Part shown: positions 1 through 18,340 of the stretch, piece after piece
How the letters are laid out: the number at the start of each line of letters is the position of its first letter
How positions within the stretch are numbered: the stretch's first letter is position 1
Assembly (NCBI GenBank): GCA_964016885.1
Contig: OZ024740.1
Span: 185,008,001 to 185,072,000 of the forward strand
Length of the DNA stretch: 64,000 nt
Direction: 5' to 3'
Origin: Eledone cirrhosa
Taxonomy: Eukaryota
Position numbers and translations under genes: made by a program
The notes under the pieces: generated by a model
Seen by the model: only the letters and a program-made list of their open reading frames with translations
Told to the model about the DNA's origin: nothing
Databases searched by the model: none

Positions 1-1
1 G

Positions 2-91
2 TTGGAGATGCAGGATATGGCAGCGATAATGAGGGACAGAGACCGCTGGAGAGAACTCGTCCATGGATCTCGGGAATTTTACCCGCCTTAG
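2..91 (+). mobile_element. 3' end of an RTE-type LINE ORF, cut by the window edge
   Basis: Reads [29 protein letters not shown], with the DRxxWR C-terminal motif of RTE-like ORF2, then runs into (TA)n. Confidence 0.65.
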
Positions 92-119
92 ATAGATATA
101 TATATATATATATACACAC

Positions 120-180
<61 letters not shown>

Positions 181-239
181 TATATATATATATACACACA
201 TATATATATATATATATATACTCATATATATATATACTC

Positions 240-300
<61 letters not shown>

Positions 301-332
301 TATATATATATACACATATATATATATATACA

Positions 333-398
<66 letters not shown>

Positions 399-503
399 CA
401 CATATATATATATATATATACACACATATATATATATATACTCATACTCATATACACATATATATATATATACTCATATACACATATGACCCTCCCCAAG
501 TAT

Positions 504-556
<53 letters not shown>

Positions 557-558
557 TA

Positions 559-600
<42 letters not shown>

Positions 601-812
601 TATATATATACTCATATACACATATATATATATACACATATATATATATATATATACACATATATATATATATACTCATATACACATATATATATATATA
701 CTCATATACATATATATATATATATACTCATATATATATACATATATATATATATATACTCATATATATATACACATATATATATATACTCATATATATA
801 TATATATATATA
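92..812. repeat. Interrupted (TA)n/(CA)n microsatellite
   Basis: TA runs interrupted by CA and CTCA units. Confidence 0.95.
484..511 (+). mobile_element. Isolated 28-bp PLE terminal fragment (MTLPKYNN start motif)
   Basis: atatgaccctccccaagtataacaatat, matching the termini at 3183, 4857, 6017, 49716, 54224 and 56117. Confidence 0.8.
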
Positions 813-1092
813 TCTGTGTGTGTTTATGCATGTCTAGTTGTTCAATTATGCTATTTTCTTCATAGTACTCAGTATACTTCTGAATCTCTTTGTGTAATCT
901 ATTAAGCAATTTCTTTCATTCCTTCCTTGATTCTTTCCTTCCTTCCTTCCTTCCTTCTTTAGGAAAAGGGAAGCTATTGTTCTTTTCTGTTATTTCTAGG
1001 CAATGTATATATAGTTCATGGCTATATGAATATCTACTTGTGTGTATACACAGACAGCCACACATCCTTTATATATAAATATATATATATAT

Positions 1093-1137
<45 letters not shown>

Positions 1138-1228
1138 CAATAAATTCCTTTCAACTAAACTGTATCCATTCAAATCTTTCTCTCTCTCTATATATATACA
1201 TACATACATACATACAATACACTATATA

Positions 1229-1292
<64 letters not shown>

Positions 1293-1744
1293 CATACATA
1301 CAATACACTATATATGTATGTGTGTGTGTATATATATATTTATATATATATATTCATACATACACGCACTCAAACATGCACCACCTATATATATGCAGGC
1401 AGAAAATGCCATATAAATTCTTTATCATGTACTTATTTATTCTCCTGATGTAGGTAATGGTAATACTAAAATAAATTGGACCTCTTTTCATGGCAACTAT
1501 CAGCTTTGCTTGATATCTGAAGCTAGTAGATACTGCACTACACTGTACTGCACTTTGATAAAGTCTTTCAATTCATTAACCTCTTCTATCTGCTCTTCTT
1601 CTTACTCTTATAAATCTCTCTTTCTCTCTCTTCACCTTCGAGTTAATATATTACTGTTGTCTGTTGACATTTTCAACCATGTTTCTTCTATTGTTTTTGC
1701 CATTCTACCTGACTCGCTGACTTACTCTTCTCCTTCAGTATGAT

Positions 1745-3182
<1,438 letters not shown>

Positions 3183-3505
3183 ATTGTTATATTTGGGGAG
3201 GGTCATATTTGCGTAATATTGCCAGAATTAATAACAGAACACACTCACTGTTTGGTTGGTTTTCGCTTCTCGCTGTCTTTTATATATATATATCTGCGAT
3301 CTAACTTACTCGGTCCTCAATGTTGCCATTGACTGACCGGCGGTCAAAAATAAAATAATACAGATACAATATAGACAAACACATATATATATAGTTTACA
3401 TAAATCTTTCGTTGCACATCTGCAACATCGTCAGTGGTGTTATATTCATTGTTCCTCCTGTTGTGTTGTATGTCTACGCCATTTTTTTTTTGTTCAGTCC
3501 GTCTA
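3183..3505 (-). mobile_element. PLE pseudo-LTR fragment (family A) with hammerhead motif
   Basis: Near-identical inverted copy of about 5690-6017. Homologous to 49240-49800 and to the 3' end of the coding PLE at 54224-56200. Confidence 0.8.
3399..3438 (-). ncRNA. Hammerhead ribozyme-like motif (family A)
   Basis: Minus strand reads acca CTGACGA t GTTGCA gatg TGCAAC GAAA gatt TA tg. Stem I is weak. Confidence 0.6.
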
Positions 3506-3550
3506 TATATACATATATAGTAATATATATATATATATACATATATAGTA

Positions 3551-3597
<47 letters not shown>

Positions 3598-3603
3598 TAG
3601 TAA

Positions 3604-3641
<38 letters not shown>

Positions 3642-3647
3642 TAGTAA

Positions 3648-3685
<38 letters not shown>

Positions 3686-3690
3686 TAGTA

Positions 3691-3722
<32 letters not shown>

Positions 3723-4856
3723 ACATATATAGTAATATATGTATATGTATATATATATATATACATATATAGTAATATATGTATATATATATATATACAT
3801 ATATAGTAGTATATGTATATGTATATATATACATATATAGTAATATATGTATATGTATATATATATATATACATATATAGTAGTATATGTATATATATAT
3901 ATATATACATATATAGTAGTATATATATATATATACATATATAGTAGTATATGTATATGTATATATATACATATATAGTAGTATATGTATATGTATATAT
4001 ATACATATATAGTAATATATGTATATGTATATATATACATATATAGTAATATATGTATATGTATATATATACATATATAGTAATATATGTATATGTATAT
4101 ATATACATATATAGTAATATATGTATATGTATATATATATATATACATATATAGTAATATATGTATGTATATACATATATACATAATATATACATAATAT
4201 ATACATAATAAGAAGATCCCGTTAAGGGTGAAAGCAGCGATTCTTTGCTTAAACTTTAATCTGTTATTTTAATAAATATATATACATATATAGTAATATA
4301 TGTATGTATATATATAATATATACATATATAGTAATATATGTATATATCAGTTCCTGTATGAGCAAGGCATGGTCAGCCGACCAGACACTGCCCACAACA
4401 GGACAACCCGTCTAACCCATGCTAGCGTGGAAGAACGGACGTAAAACGGTGATGATGATGATATATATAATATATACATATATAGTAATATATGTATATA
4501 TATATATATACATATATAGTAATATATGTATATATATATATATACATATATAGTAATATATGTATATATATATATATACATATATTACTATATATGTATG
4601 TATATATATATATATACATATATAGTAATATATGTATGTATATATATATACATATATAGTAATATATGTATATATATATATATACATATATAGTAATATA
4701 TGTATATATATATATATATATAGTAATATATGTATATATATATATATATATATAGTAATATATGTATATATATATAAAGACATATATAGTAATATATATA
4801 TGTGTATATATATATATATACATATATAGTAATATATGTATATATATATATATATA
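3506..4856. repeat. Array of hairpin-like units tacatatat-agta-atatatgta within (TA)n
   Basis: Dozens of copies of the unit, interrupted by short unique inserts at about 4205-4275 and 4348-4461. Confidence 0.9.
4348..4461 (+). mobile_element. RTE-family 3' tail fragment
   Basis: Ends ...ctaacccatgctagcgtggaagaacggacgtaaaacggtgatgatgatg, the same tail as the RTE copies at 13814, 30081 and 41302. Confidence 0.75.
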
Positions 4857-5140
4857 TATTGTTATACTTGGGGAGGGTCATATTTGTGTAATATTACCAG
4901 AATTAATAACAGATTACACTCACTGTTTGGTCTTTTATATCGGTAATCGAACTTACTCGGTCCTCAATGTTTCCAATGACTGACCGACGGTCAAAAATAA
5001 TACAGATACAATATAGACACAAACACATATATATAGTTCATCATAAATCTTTCTTTGCACATCTGCAACATCGTCAGTGGTGTTATATTTTCCTCCTGTT
5101 GTATTGTATGTCTACGCCATTTTTATTCAATCTGTCTATA
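4857..5140 (-). mobile_element. PLE pseudo-LTR fragment (family A, diverged copy)
   Basis: Homologous to 3183-3505. Contains a hammerhead-like motif at 5041-5081 with a C>A change at the base of stem II. Confidence 0.75.
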
Positions 5141-5153
5141 TATTTATACGTAT

Positions 5154-5222
<69 letters not shown>

Positions 5223-5514
5223 TAGTAGTATATATATATATAATATACATATATAATAGTATATGTATATATATATATATATATATATAGTTATATATAA
5301 TATACATATATAATAGTATATGTATATATATATATATATATATATAGTTATATATATATATATATATATAGTTATATAAATATCTATATATATATATAGT
5401 TGTATATATATATGTATAATATATATATATATAGTTGTATATATATATGTATACTATATATATATATATGTATAATATATATATATATATAGTTATATAT
5501 GTATGAAGATAAGC

Positions 5515-6017
5515 AGAACAAACACACACATAAACACACACATAAACACACACTAGTCACCCAGCAGACACAACACTATACACACTAGTCACACATCACA
5601 CATAACACTATACACACACGCAAACGCATGCGGAAAGAAGACAAAATAAAATAAGATAAACAAACAAGCAAATAAATAAATAAATATATAGACAGACTGA
5701 ACAAAAAAAAAAATGGCGTAGACATACAACACAACAGGAGGAACAATGAATATAACACCACTGACGATGTTGCAGATGTGCAACGAAAGATTTATGTAAA
5801 TTATGTAAACTATATATATATGTGTTTGTCTATATTGTATCTGTATTATTTTTGACCGCCGGTCAGTCAATGGCAACATTGAGGACCGAGTAAGTTAGAT
5901 CGCAGATATATATATATAAAAGACAGCGAGAAGCGAAAACCAACCAAACAGTGAGAGTGTTCTGTTATTAATTCTGGCAATATTACGCAAATATGACCCT
6001 CCCCAAATATAACAATA
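5515..6017 (+). mobile_element. PLE 3' UTR/pseudo-LTR (family A)
   Basis: AC-rich 3' UTR, then a hammerhead motif at 5757-5796, then the ATGACCCTCCCCAAATATAACAATAT junction to (TA)n. Confidence 0.8.
5757..5796 (+). ncRNA. Hammerhead ribozyme-like motif (family A)
   Basis: CTGACGA t GTTGCA-gatg-TGCAAC GAAA gatt TA. Confidence 0.6.
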
Positions 6018-6033
6018 TATATATATATATAGT

Positions 6034-6065
<32 letters not shown>

Positions 6066-6103
6066 TATATATATAGTTATATATATATATATATATATAT
6101 AGT

Positions 6104-6135
<32 letters not shown>

Positions 6136-6226
6136 TATATATATAGTTATATATATATATATATATATATAGTTATATATATATATATAGTTATATATAT
6201 ATATATAGTTATATATATATGTATAT

Positions 6227-6969
6227 ATAACTTTAAATAACTTTGAAATGTTTTGGCCAGTATTGGCCCAGGCCATGTCTAACTTAATAGCACCACCTGG
6301 CGAAGTCTTTCAATTCAGGATTTGGGCACCATGGCCCATTCGAGAAGAGAATTACTGTTTGCGGAGACATATCCGGGTGTGGGTGGTTTGTCCGGGATTA
6401 CTTGGAGGAATTTGTCCAAAGACTTCTTGAATTTTGTGTGGTCAGTTTCTGTTTTGACGTGTCCTGGCGTGATGTTGAAGAGAGCAGGGCCGATTGAGGT
6501 GAAATAATTGTGCCGTATTGTTGTTATGAGTTGCGATTTAGATTTTTGAATGGGACGGATAGCACGGGGCCCAAGCCTTGGGTGTATCTTGAAGGCGATG
6601 CCAACATCATTTGGGCAGTGATGATGGAACATTTTCCACATGATGCAGATAATATAACGCTCACGGCGACGTTGGAGTGAGTAAAGTTTCAGGTTTTCTA
6701 ATCGACCCCAGTAGTCAAGGTCTGACATGCCATCTATCTTTTTCGTGATTGCCCTTTGAGGAGCTTCAAGTTTCATGATACTTTGTTTCGTGTGGGGAGA
6801 CCACAGTGGACAACAGTATTCAAGGTGTGGTCGGGCGAAAGTAGAGAAGAGAAGGATAATGGTGCGGGAATCTCTCGACTGGAAGGTTCTGAGGATCCAG
6901 GAACACATTCTGCGGGCCATGTCAACTTTGCTGCTTATATGCGTGGTCCAGCTTATGTTGCTGTCCACG
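6227..6969 (-). mobile_element. 5'-truncated CR1/L2-group LINE (RT C-terminus plus 3' UTR)
   Basis: ORF 6315-6968 contains [13 protein letters not shown] and [11 protein letters not shown]. Nearly identical to 58162-58894. 3' tail is ttcaaagttat-ttaaagttat. Confidence 0.9.
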
Positions 6970-6971
6970 CA

Positions 6972-10447
<3,476 letters not shown>

Positions 10448-11027
10448 ACTTACATACCACTGACTTCTCTTCATATTTCTTCATTGCCATACATGTGTTA
10501 ACTCTATTCCTTTATTTTTGTTATTATTGTACTATGTAGTAATACTTTCTTCCTTATATTCTACTTCACATATATCTCTTCTTATGTTTCTTTTAGGATG
10601 TATCTAAAGTTGTTTCCTATTCCACACATATGTATTGAACTGGCTGAATCATTAGAATGTCGGTTAGAATGCTTTGCTGTTTATGTTCCAGCACTCTGTT
10701 CTCTAAGTTCAAATCCTACCACTAATCCAACCAGAGGCTATAACAAAAGAGTAGCTGACTTCTGCCAAAAGTGGTGTACAGATATATCAAGCACTTTATA
10801 TATACTTCTGACATTGTTTATATATTTCTTTACCACCATTCTTTATAACCAACCACTGTTGTCTTATCCCTGGTAAGCACCCTGCCTTCATATCCCTGGT
10901 TAGTGCCCTCCCTTCATTAAGCTATTCTTTTTATGGTAGTCGTAGATAATTGATACTCACATACTTTATATTTACATGTTTTTGATATATTTCCATGTTT
11001 ATTTCTCCATTAAACTTATTGGTATGA

Positions 11028-11308
11028 GGAGACATATAGACTAGTGGTATGGGTGTTTGACTTACAATCGTAATGTTGTGGGTTCAATTCCTGAAATGGG
11101 TTGAATGTTGTGTTCTTGAGCAAAACATTTCATTTCACATTCCTCCAATATATTAAGCCGAAAAATAGTACTAGTAATAGCTGGGGGTTTAACTCTGTGT
11201 TGAACTGGTGTTCTTTCGAAGGGGGTAAGTCTTGTACTCCCAGTTGTTTAATGCCACTGAAACTGGGATAAGAACTGGTGTGATGAACTTTCAGGCTTCA
11301 GGCAAACA
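11028..11308 (+). mobile_element. tRNA-derived SINE with MetaSINE-like body
   Basis: A box (tagtggta), B box (ggttcaattcc), tgtgttcttgagcaa, and a body ending gaaactgggataagaactgg. Homologous to 23284-23540. Confidence 0.65.
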
Positions 11309-11383
11309 TTATCTTTTGTTCTGTTGAATGAACAATGGGATATTTTTCATCAAAACCGATGGTGTATCTCCATCATTATATCG

Positions 11384-11486
11384 CGCCGAGGTTAACTTTG
11401 CCTTTCATCCTTACGGGGTCGATAAAATAAAGTACCAGTAATGTACTGGGTAATTTCTGGCCTTGTGCCAATAGTAGAAACAATTA
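11384..11486 (+). mobile_element. Octopus-type SINE, 3' part
   Basis: gttaactttgcctttcatccttacggggtcgataaaataaagtaccag...ggccttgtgcc, shared with copies at 24882, 38762 and 45945. Confidence 0.75.
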
Positions 11487-12262
11487 TATATTTAGGAGTA
11501 CTTTATATTCCTTCCTATGATTTGAAAGTTTATCCAGATTTCTTTATACCTCTCACACACACATACATTCTATTTTATATTTATTGGATTTACTGGAGTC
11601 TACTTTAGAAAATATGCAACACAATGTTAGTGCTGGGGCCAACTGTAAACTAGGACCCAATCTAGAACATCTTAAACAATTGATATTCTGAAACAGTGGT
11701 TTTGTATTGGATACAAAATAAAAGAGCAACAGATTTTCCAAAGTTTTGAAACATTCATTGTTATAACAATATTCTTTATGCAATCATTAATTTCAAATAC
11801 TTTCAGTAGTATATTATATAAACTTCAACATTGAAGACCATTATTGAAAAGTATTACTGTACTGTATGAGTTTGCGGTGAAATTTCTATAGTATGTGTTT
11901 TGGCATTTAAAAAATAAATATTCTTATTCCCTTGTTGTCTTGAGGGTGAGAATTATAATGTAAACATCAAAGAAAAATGAATGAAATAAATGAAGAAAGA
12001 AAAGAAAAAAGAAAGTGATCCCATTATTCATTTCAAAGAAACATTCAAAAGACATAAAAGAAAAAAAGGCAATTATAAATCCATTTACATAACAAAAAAA
12101 AGGGTTTTTAGAGGGATATTTTGAAGCAAACAATGTTAAATATAATACATTTCTATGAAATGTAGAATTGCTTCAAGAGAATTTAAGTCAAGAATGATTT
12201 TTGCATATATTGGAGTATTTTTTTATTCAGTTGAGATTTGAAACAATATTATTCAGTCTAAC

Positions 12263-12336
<74 letters not shown>

Positions 12337-12447
12337 ACATATACACACAGAGAGGAAATAAAATGAAAATAATTTACTAAGAAGATTTAAAACACACAGG
12401 CAATAAAAATACAAAAATATAGAGCTTATAATGAAAATAAGAATCAA

Positions 12448-12495
<48 letters not shown>

Positions 12496-13813
12496 ATATG
12501 TATTTGTGTGTGTTTAAAATAAATACTATAAATAACTAATTTGTAAAACATAAATTATAAAACTTGTAAACAACAACACTACATTAAAAATGGTTATGGC
12601 AAAATCAATAGTAAGTTTAAACATAATGATAATAATAATAATATAAAAAGAAAAATGCAATGTATATAACAAAGAAGGTATTTAGTGAAATATTGAGTTT
12701 AGCAAAATGCTGTAAATCCAGTATACACATTTGATAAACAGTCACATTTGCATATATACAAATATTTATGTATATATATATATATATATATAGGCTGGTT
12801 GGATGTGTATGTAATGTGCATGTATGTATGTCTGAGTGAGTGTATACATATATGTAATTTTAAATTTTATTCACAAATAAGAGGAAAATTCATTATTTTC
12901 AAACGTTTCTGCAGCTTTTGATTGCTGTTTTTTTCACTCCAATTTCATGCCCAATAGACAAAGGATTTTCATTTAGATATGCGATTTTCAAAGTTATCTT
13001 CTTGACCATGATCCTATAATAATATTAATAATAATAATTTCGTAATTTTTGTTTTTTTTCTATATGTATGTGTGAAATTGTGGTTTCCAATTTTTACTAT
13101 CATTTCCTTTGGGGATTTATAAGGATTTCTCATATAGTTGTTAGCTAATAGTATTAATGTATTGTAAATAGACCAGGTGTATAAAAGGGAGATATGTTGC
13201 TAACCAACTTAGCATAACACACAGATTTGTTGTTCCAAATATCAAGATGTGTTGACTTACATCATTTGACTAGCATTCTTGATATCTATTTTGGTTTAGC
13301 ATGTCATTCTATTCATGAATACTTTATTCAATATTTTTATCCATTGGTAAGATGGTAGTGTAAAGTTTACATATAATTAGGCCACTAATAGTTGCATGTC
13401 TATTGACCAAGTTGGGTGCTCTTCATTGTTTTCTTTTATTGCTTTGCTTAGAGCATGGAGTACAGGCTATGTCCTGACCCTTTTCGGGTGAGAAAGAGAG
13501 AAGAATGTATCATCAAAATGGGGATCTGAATGAAATGCTTTCAACAGAGTGGCTACTGCTAAAGCCATCTACTACAATCGTGGTGGTATTAAACCAGCTG
13601 ACAAATTAAGATTATCACACAATAGACAATTGGGTGATTTGAGTTGAGAAAATAAAGAGCTGGAATAAATAACACAAGGCATCTCATTTGACATTCTACC
13701 GATTGTAATAATCTTCTGCCCTTGACTGTTACTTTATTGACCCTGGAGGAATGAAAGATTGAGTTAGCCTTACTTGGAAATGAACTCGGGGGTGTGTTTT
13801 AGGTTTTCTATAC

Positions 13814-15606
13814 ATCATCATCATCATCATCATCGTTTAACGTCCCTGTTCCACGCTTGCATGGGTTTGGACGGGGGTTTTCCCACTTGAGGCAAGAGTG
13901 GTTATCTTGCTCGCATAGGACTATCTGGCGGGTTTTATACAGCTGGATGCCCTTCCTAACACCAACCACATTTACAGTGTGGGGCTGGGAGGTTTTTACC
14001 GTGTTGCCTACACGGCCACATTACAGCGTGAACTGTGTGTTTTTTGACGTGACACCTACACGATCTCATTTGTTTCGGCCTGGATGTTGTGGCACCAACA
14101 TAACTTTACATTGAAAGGGGCGGTGTGGATGGGGTGGGGGTGGTGGGACGGGGGTGTATTTTGTTAGAGATGCCTACTGACTGTAGTAGGTTTTACTTTG
14201 TATTTAGGTAAGGCGGGTCTTCTCTATTACTGAGTACCGCCAAAGGTCTCGGTCCAGTGACATTGTCTTGGTGAGGTGTAAGTGTGTGAGGTCGGAATTT
14301 ATCAGCTCGTCCCAGGTTTTTCTGGGTCTGCCTATTCCGTGGCTACCGTCTATCTTTATTGCCCTGCACTTTGTTATACAGCTATCATCCTTCATGCGCA
14401 TCACCTGACCATACCAACGTAGCCTTCTCTCGAGTAAACAACATCTGATCCCTCTTATTTCTAATTTTTTCCTTAGTTCGTTTATGCTTTGCCGTTCACG
14501 TATATTACTATTACACATCCAGCGGAGCATGCAAGCTTCGTTTCTCTCTAGTCTGCGTATATCCTCTGCACACAATGCCCAGGTCTCACGGCCATGCAAC
14601 ATTGCTGTTCGTATGCAGGCATCGTACAACCTGCCTTTCATTTTTAGGGAGAACCCTTTAGCGGCTAATAACGGTATAAGCTCTCTGAACTTTTTCCATC
14701 CAGTTCTGACTCTAGCTACTGTACTTTCAGAGCACCCTCCCCCACTGCTGATTTTGTCACCCAGGTAACGGAAACTGTCCACTATTTCTATAGAACCCTC
14801 TGCGCAGTTGAAAGAGCTAGTATTTAATGGGCACTTGCTGCTACTTATTGCCCCAGAGCACCGGCCACATGTAAAATCTATGTTCTTAGTTAGCTTACCT
14901 GTGATCCCACTACATCTTTTATGCACCCATACTTTGCATTTGGGACACAAAATGGAGTTTCTACCTACGCCTTTCCTACACACTGAGCATGGCTACTTCC
15001 CGGAGGGGTCCGCCGCCTCATTTTCTTTCTTACAAACTAGAACTTTAGTCTTAGCCAGGTTAATTTTAAGGCCTTTTGATTCTAGGCCGTGCTTCCATGT
15101 TTGGAATTTCTTCTCTAGCTCGGCCATTGATTCAGCTATGAGCGTTATATCATCTGCGTATAGGAGTTCCCATGGGCAGCCGGTCTTGAACTCCACTGTT
15201 ATAGCCTGGAGGGCAATAATAAATAGTAGGGGGCTAAGAACAGAGCCTTGATGAACACCAACTTTTACGCTAAACTCTTCACTATATTCGTTGTTAATTC
15301 TAACCTTGCTGACTGTTTCTTTATACATGGCTTGTATAGCTCTCACAAGCCATCATCAACACCTAGTTTTCTAAGAGCCCACCAGATAATGGAACGGGGG
15401 ACTCTGTCGAAGGCTTTCTCCAAGTCGACGAAAGCTAAGTATAGGAGTTTACTTTTAGCTAGGTACTTCTGTAGTTGTCGTACAATGAAAAGAGCGTCTG
15501 TGGTACTTTTGCCTGACACAAACCGAACTGCATTTCATCTAGATCAATTCTCTCTCTGATTAGTTGCGCTATTAGTTTTTCCGTGACCTTCATGACCTGG
15601 TCGACA
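13814..15606 (-). mobile_element. 5'-truncated RTE-type LINE with frameshifted RT ORF and (GAT)n tail
   Basis: ORF pieces contain DLEKAFD, VGVHQGSVLSPLLF, LLYADD, RLRWYG and GRPRKTW. The 3' UTR ends ggacgttaaacgatgatg. Confidence 0.92.
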
Positions 15607-15887
15607 TCTATTATATTTATACCAGGGGTGTATTTTAGGTTTTCTATACTTCTATTATATTTATACCAGGGGTGTATTTTAGGTTTTCTATACACCTATT
15701 ATATTTATACCAGGGGTGTATTTTAGGTTTTCTATACTTCTATTATATTTATACCAGGGGTGTATTTTAGGTTTTCCATACTTCTATTATATTTATACCA
15801 GGGGTGTATTTTAGGTTTTCTATACATCTATTATATTTATACAAGGGGTGTATTTCAGGTTTTCTATACTTCTATTATATTTATACC
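15607..15887. repeat. 44-bp minisatellite, about 6.4 copies
   Basis: Unit tctattatatttataccaggggtgtattttaggttttctatac(t/a) starts at 15607, 15651, 15695, 15739, 15783, 15827 and 15871. Confidence 0.95.
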
Positions 15888-16412
15888 ATTCAGGTTTAAT
15901 AGAATCAGACATTTCTCTTTATACAGAAATCTTTCTATTCCACATGGTAGTATTTAGCCCAAATATTTGAATGCATATGTATATTAAAGGTTGTTATTAT
16001 TGTAATTGTTTGCTGCAAATCAATTCTGATCAAAGGTATTCTACTCGTAACCATCATCTCCTCTTTGTATATCAGGACTAAATTGTTCAAAACCTTATAA
16101 GAAAGTAGGAAATGATTTGAGAAAGATTTGGTTGTTATATTTTGCATATCACTCAGCTATGTAGAAGTTACATCAATGGCTTTGTATATTTATGCTAAAT
16201 TACACATATGGATAAAAACTCTTTGCTGAGGTGTATATATGAAGGACTAGAACTTAACCATTACAGCTAATGAATTTTTTTTTTTTGTAAGATCTACAAG
16301 ATCCCAGGCCTTACGAAGTGGGGGGAACTCATCAGATCAGACCAAGGAAGCAATGTTTTCATTGATTTTTTTTTTCTATTGCTGATACAATCTAACAATT
16401 GCACCTCCTGGC

Positions 16413-16548
16413 AGTGAAAACATGTGGCTTTGTGGTTAGAGACTTGGATTCAAAGTAGTGAGGTTAGGAATTCAATTCTCAGAGAGGCCAATATCTTATG
16501 TCCTTGAACAAGATACTTTATTTCATGTTGCTCCCTCCGTCCTGCTAA
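16413..16548 (+). mobile_element. Degenerate tRNA-derived SINE head
   Basis: tggctttgtggttaga A box, attcaattct B-like box, then tgtccttgaacaagatactttatttcatgttgctcc. Confidence 0.6.
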
Positions 16549-16685
16549 AAGTTGCTACTTAATAGCCACCAATTAAACAGTTCTTTTCATACTAACAGCA
16601 AGGAACTGTACATTTACAAGGTTACTGATTGACACTAAGGATATTGACAATTTCATTGAAAATTAAATACTATCTTCACCTTGAT

Positions 16686-17639
16686 CAAAGGTTCTCAACT
16701 CATTTTGCTCCTCAAAATCACGAAACGCCCCCCTACCTTATTTTTCCATTTTTCAATATATTACTGATTGTGAAACCAGTAGATTACTGGACCAAATCAA
16801 GTTATGTTAGAATCTTTAAAAAATACTCATACGAATTAAATACAAAAAGTTTCAGTCCAAAACAAAAGCAAGCTATTTCAAATTATATATTTTTGAAAAA
16901 AAAAAAAAGATTTGATCTCAGCCGAAAAAGCTTTTTTTTTTAAATTCTATATTTCATTGTTAGCTGTTGTAATATTTTGAGTGGATAGACAATTTTACAA
17001 TTGAAACTGTAAAGTCAAAATACAAAAGATGCAAAATATGAAGAATTTCTTACCTTTCTCTGAAATCACAAACTCAGGGTGAAAATAGTACCTTGCAAAA
17101 TAAAATACCTTGTAGCAAAATAAAATACTTAGTAGCAAGGAATGAATTGAGAAGCTTGGTGACAGTGAGAAAGACATATCTCTATCCCTTATATATATAT
17201 ATATACATAGATAGATACACACACACACACACATAAACGCGCACGCATGCACACACACATACACACACACAAACTTGGTTTTGGTACAGAAATAATTTTG
17301 CCTCCAGTTTTTATTGTCAGGTCAAAGGCCACTGCTCTTTTCAACAATGCCAAATAACAACACCATATATATATATATACAAATGAAGAGAGAAAGAGGG
17401 AGGGATAGAGAGAGTAAGAAATGTGTGGTACACATCTATCTATCTATCTCCAACAGGGGGCTCAAACATGGTAGACCAGACATATATATTTATTACACAC
17501 ACACACATATATATATATATCCTTACACACTTAAATATAAATGCATGTATATATACAAATGTATAAATGCATAGCTATATACATACGTAAATGTATGTAT
17601 GTATGTATATATATATGTATGTATATATATATATATATA

Positions 17640-17700
<61 letters not shown>

Positions 17701-18340
17701 CTACATACATATATACATACATACATTTACGTATGTATATAGCTATGCATTTATACATTTGTATATATACATGCATTTATATTTAAGTGTGTAAGGATGT
17801 TGACATGATTATTTATGTTGTTTTTTTTGTGTAAGGAGAAAATTCTGTCTCCAGATGTTATTACCTAGGGAGATTAAATACCACAGCTCTGGCTGAAAGC
17901 TGACCAGGTTCTCAACTTCATCAAACACTAACGCAGGCCTGTGTGTATATATATATATGTGTGTGTATGTATGTATGTATGCATGTGTGTGTATGTTCGT
18001 ATGTATTTATACACCCTCACCTTTCATCACCATTGCTTCTTTTTGTTGTCATTTCTGTTGAAGTTGTTCTTGTAACTGTTGTCAAAGTTGAAGTCCTTAT
18101 GTTCATTTTCTTTGATTTCTTTTGTTTTTCGTTTATCTCCCTAGAGAATTCGTTGACAAGCTTCTTTTATTTTTCTTCATTCAAATGCATTCACACTGGC
18201 TGTCTAAGAGACGTACAAATATGACTTGTAAAATTTATCAAACTAAAGGGGCTTCCTACGACCCCAAAAGCTTCAAACGCCCCCAACACCCCTTGCTCCA
18301 CCACCTCCGGCATATGCCCCCCTCCCGTTGAGAACCTTTG
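16686..18340. mobile_element. Non-autonomous hAT (Charlie-like) DNA transposon
   Basis: Perfect 14-bp TIRs CAAAGGTTCTCAAC / GTTGAGAACCTTTG. Flanking 8-bp TSD accttgat / acctagat (7 of 8 match). No transposase ORF. Confidence 0.8.
17519..17798. repeat. Inverted repeat with about 86-bp arms around a TA-rich spacer
   Basis: 17519-17604 is the reverse complement of 17713-17798. Confidence 0.9.

Noticed and set aside
6018-6240. AGTTA array as telomerase-like reiteration of the LINE 3' tail
   Set aside because: The adjacent units are in the opposite orientation to the tail, also occur at about 5280-5500, and are absent around the second LINE copy.
15607-15887. CRISPR-like array
   Set aside because: Head-to-tail tandem repeat with no unique spacers, no cas genes and a eukaryotic context.
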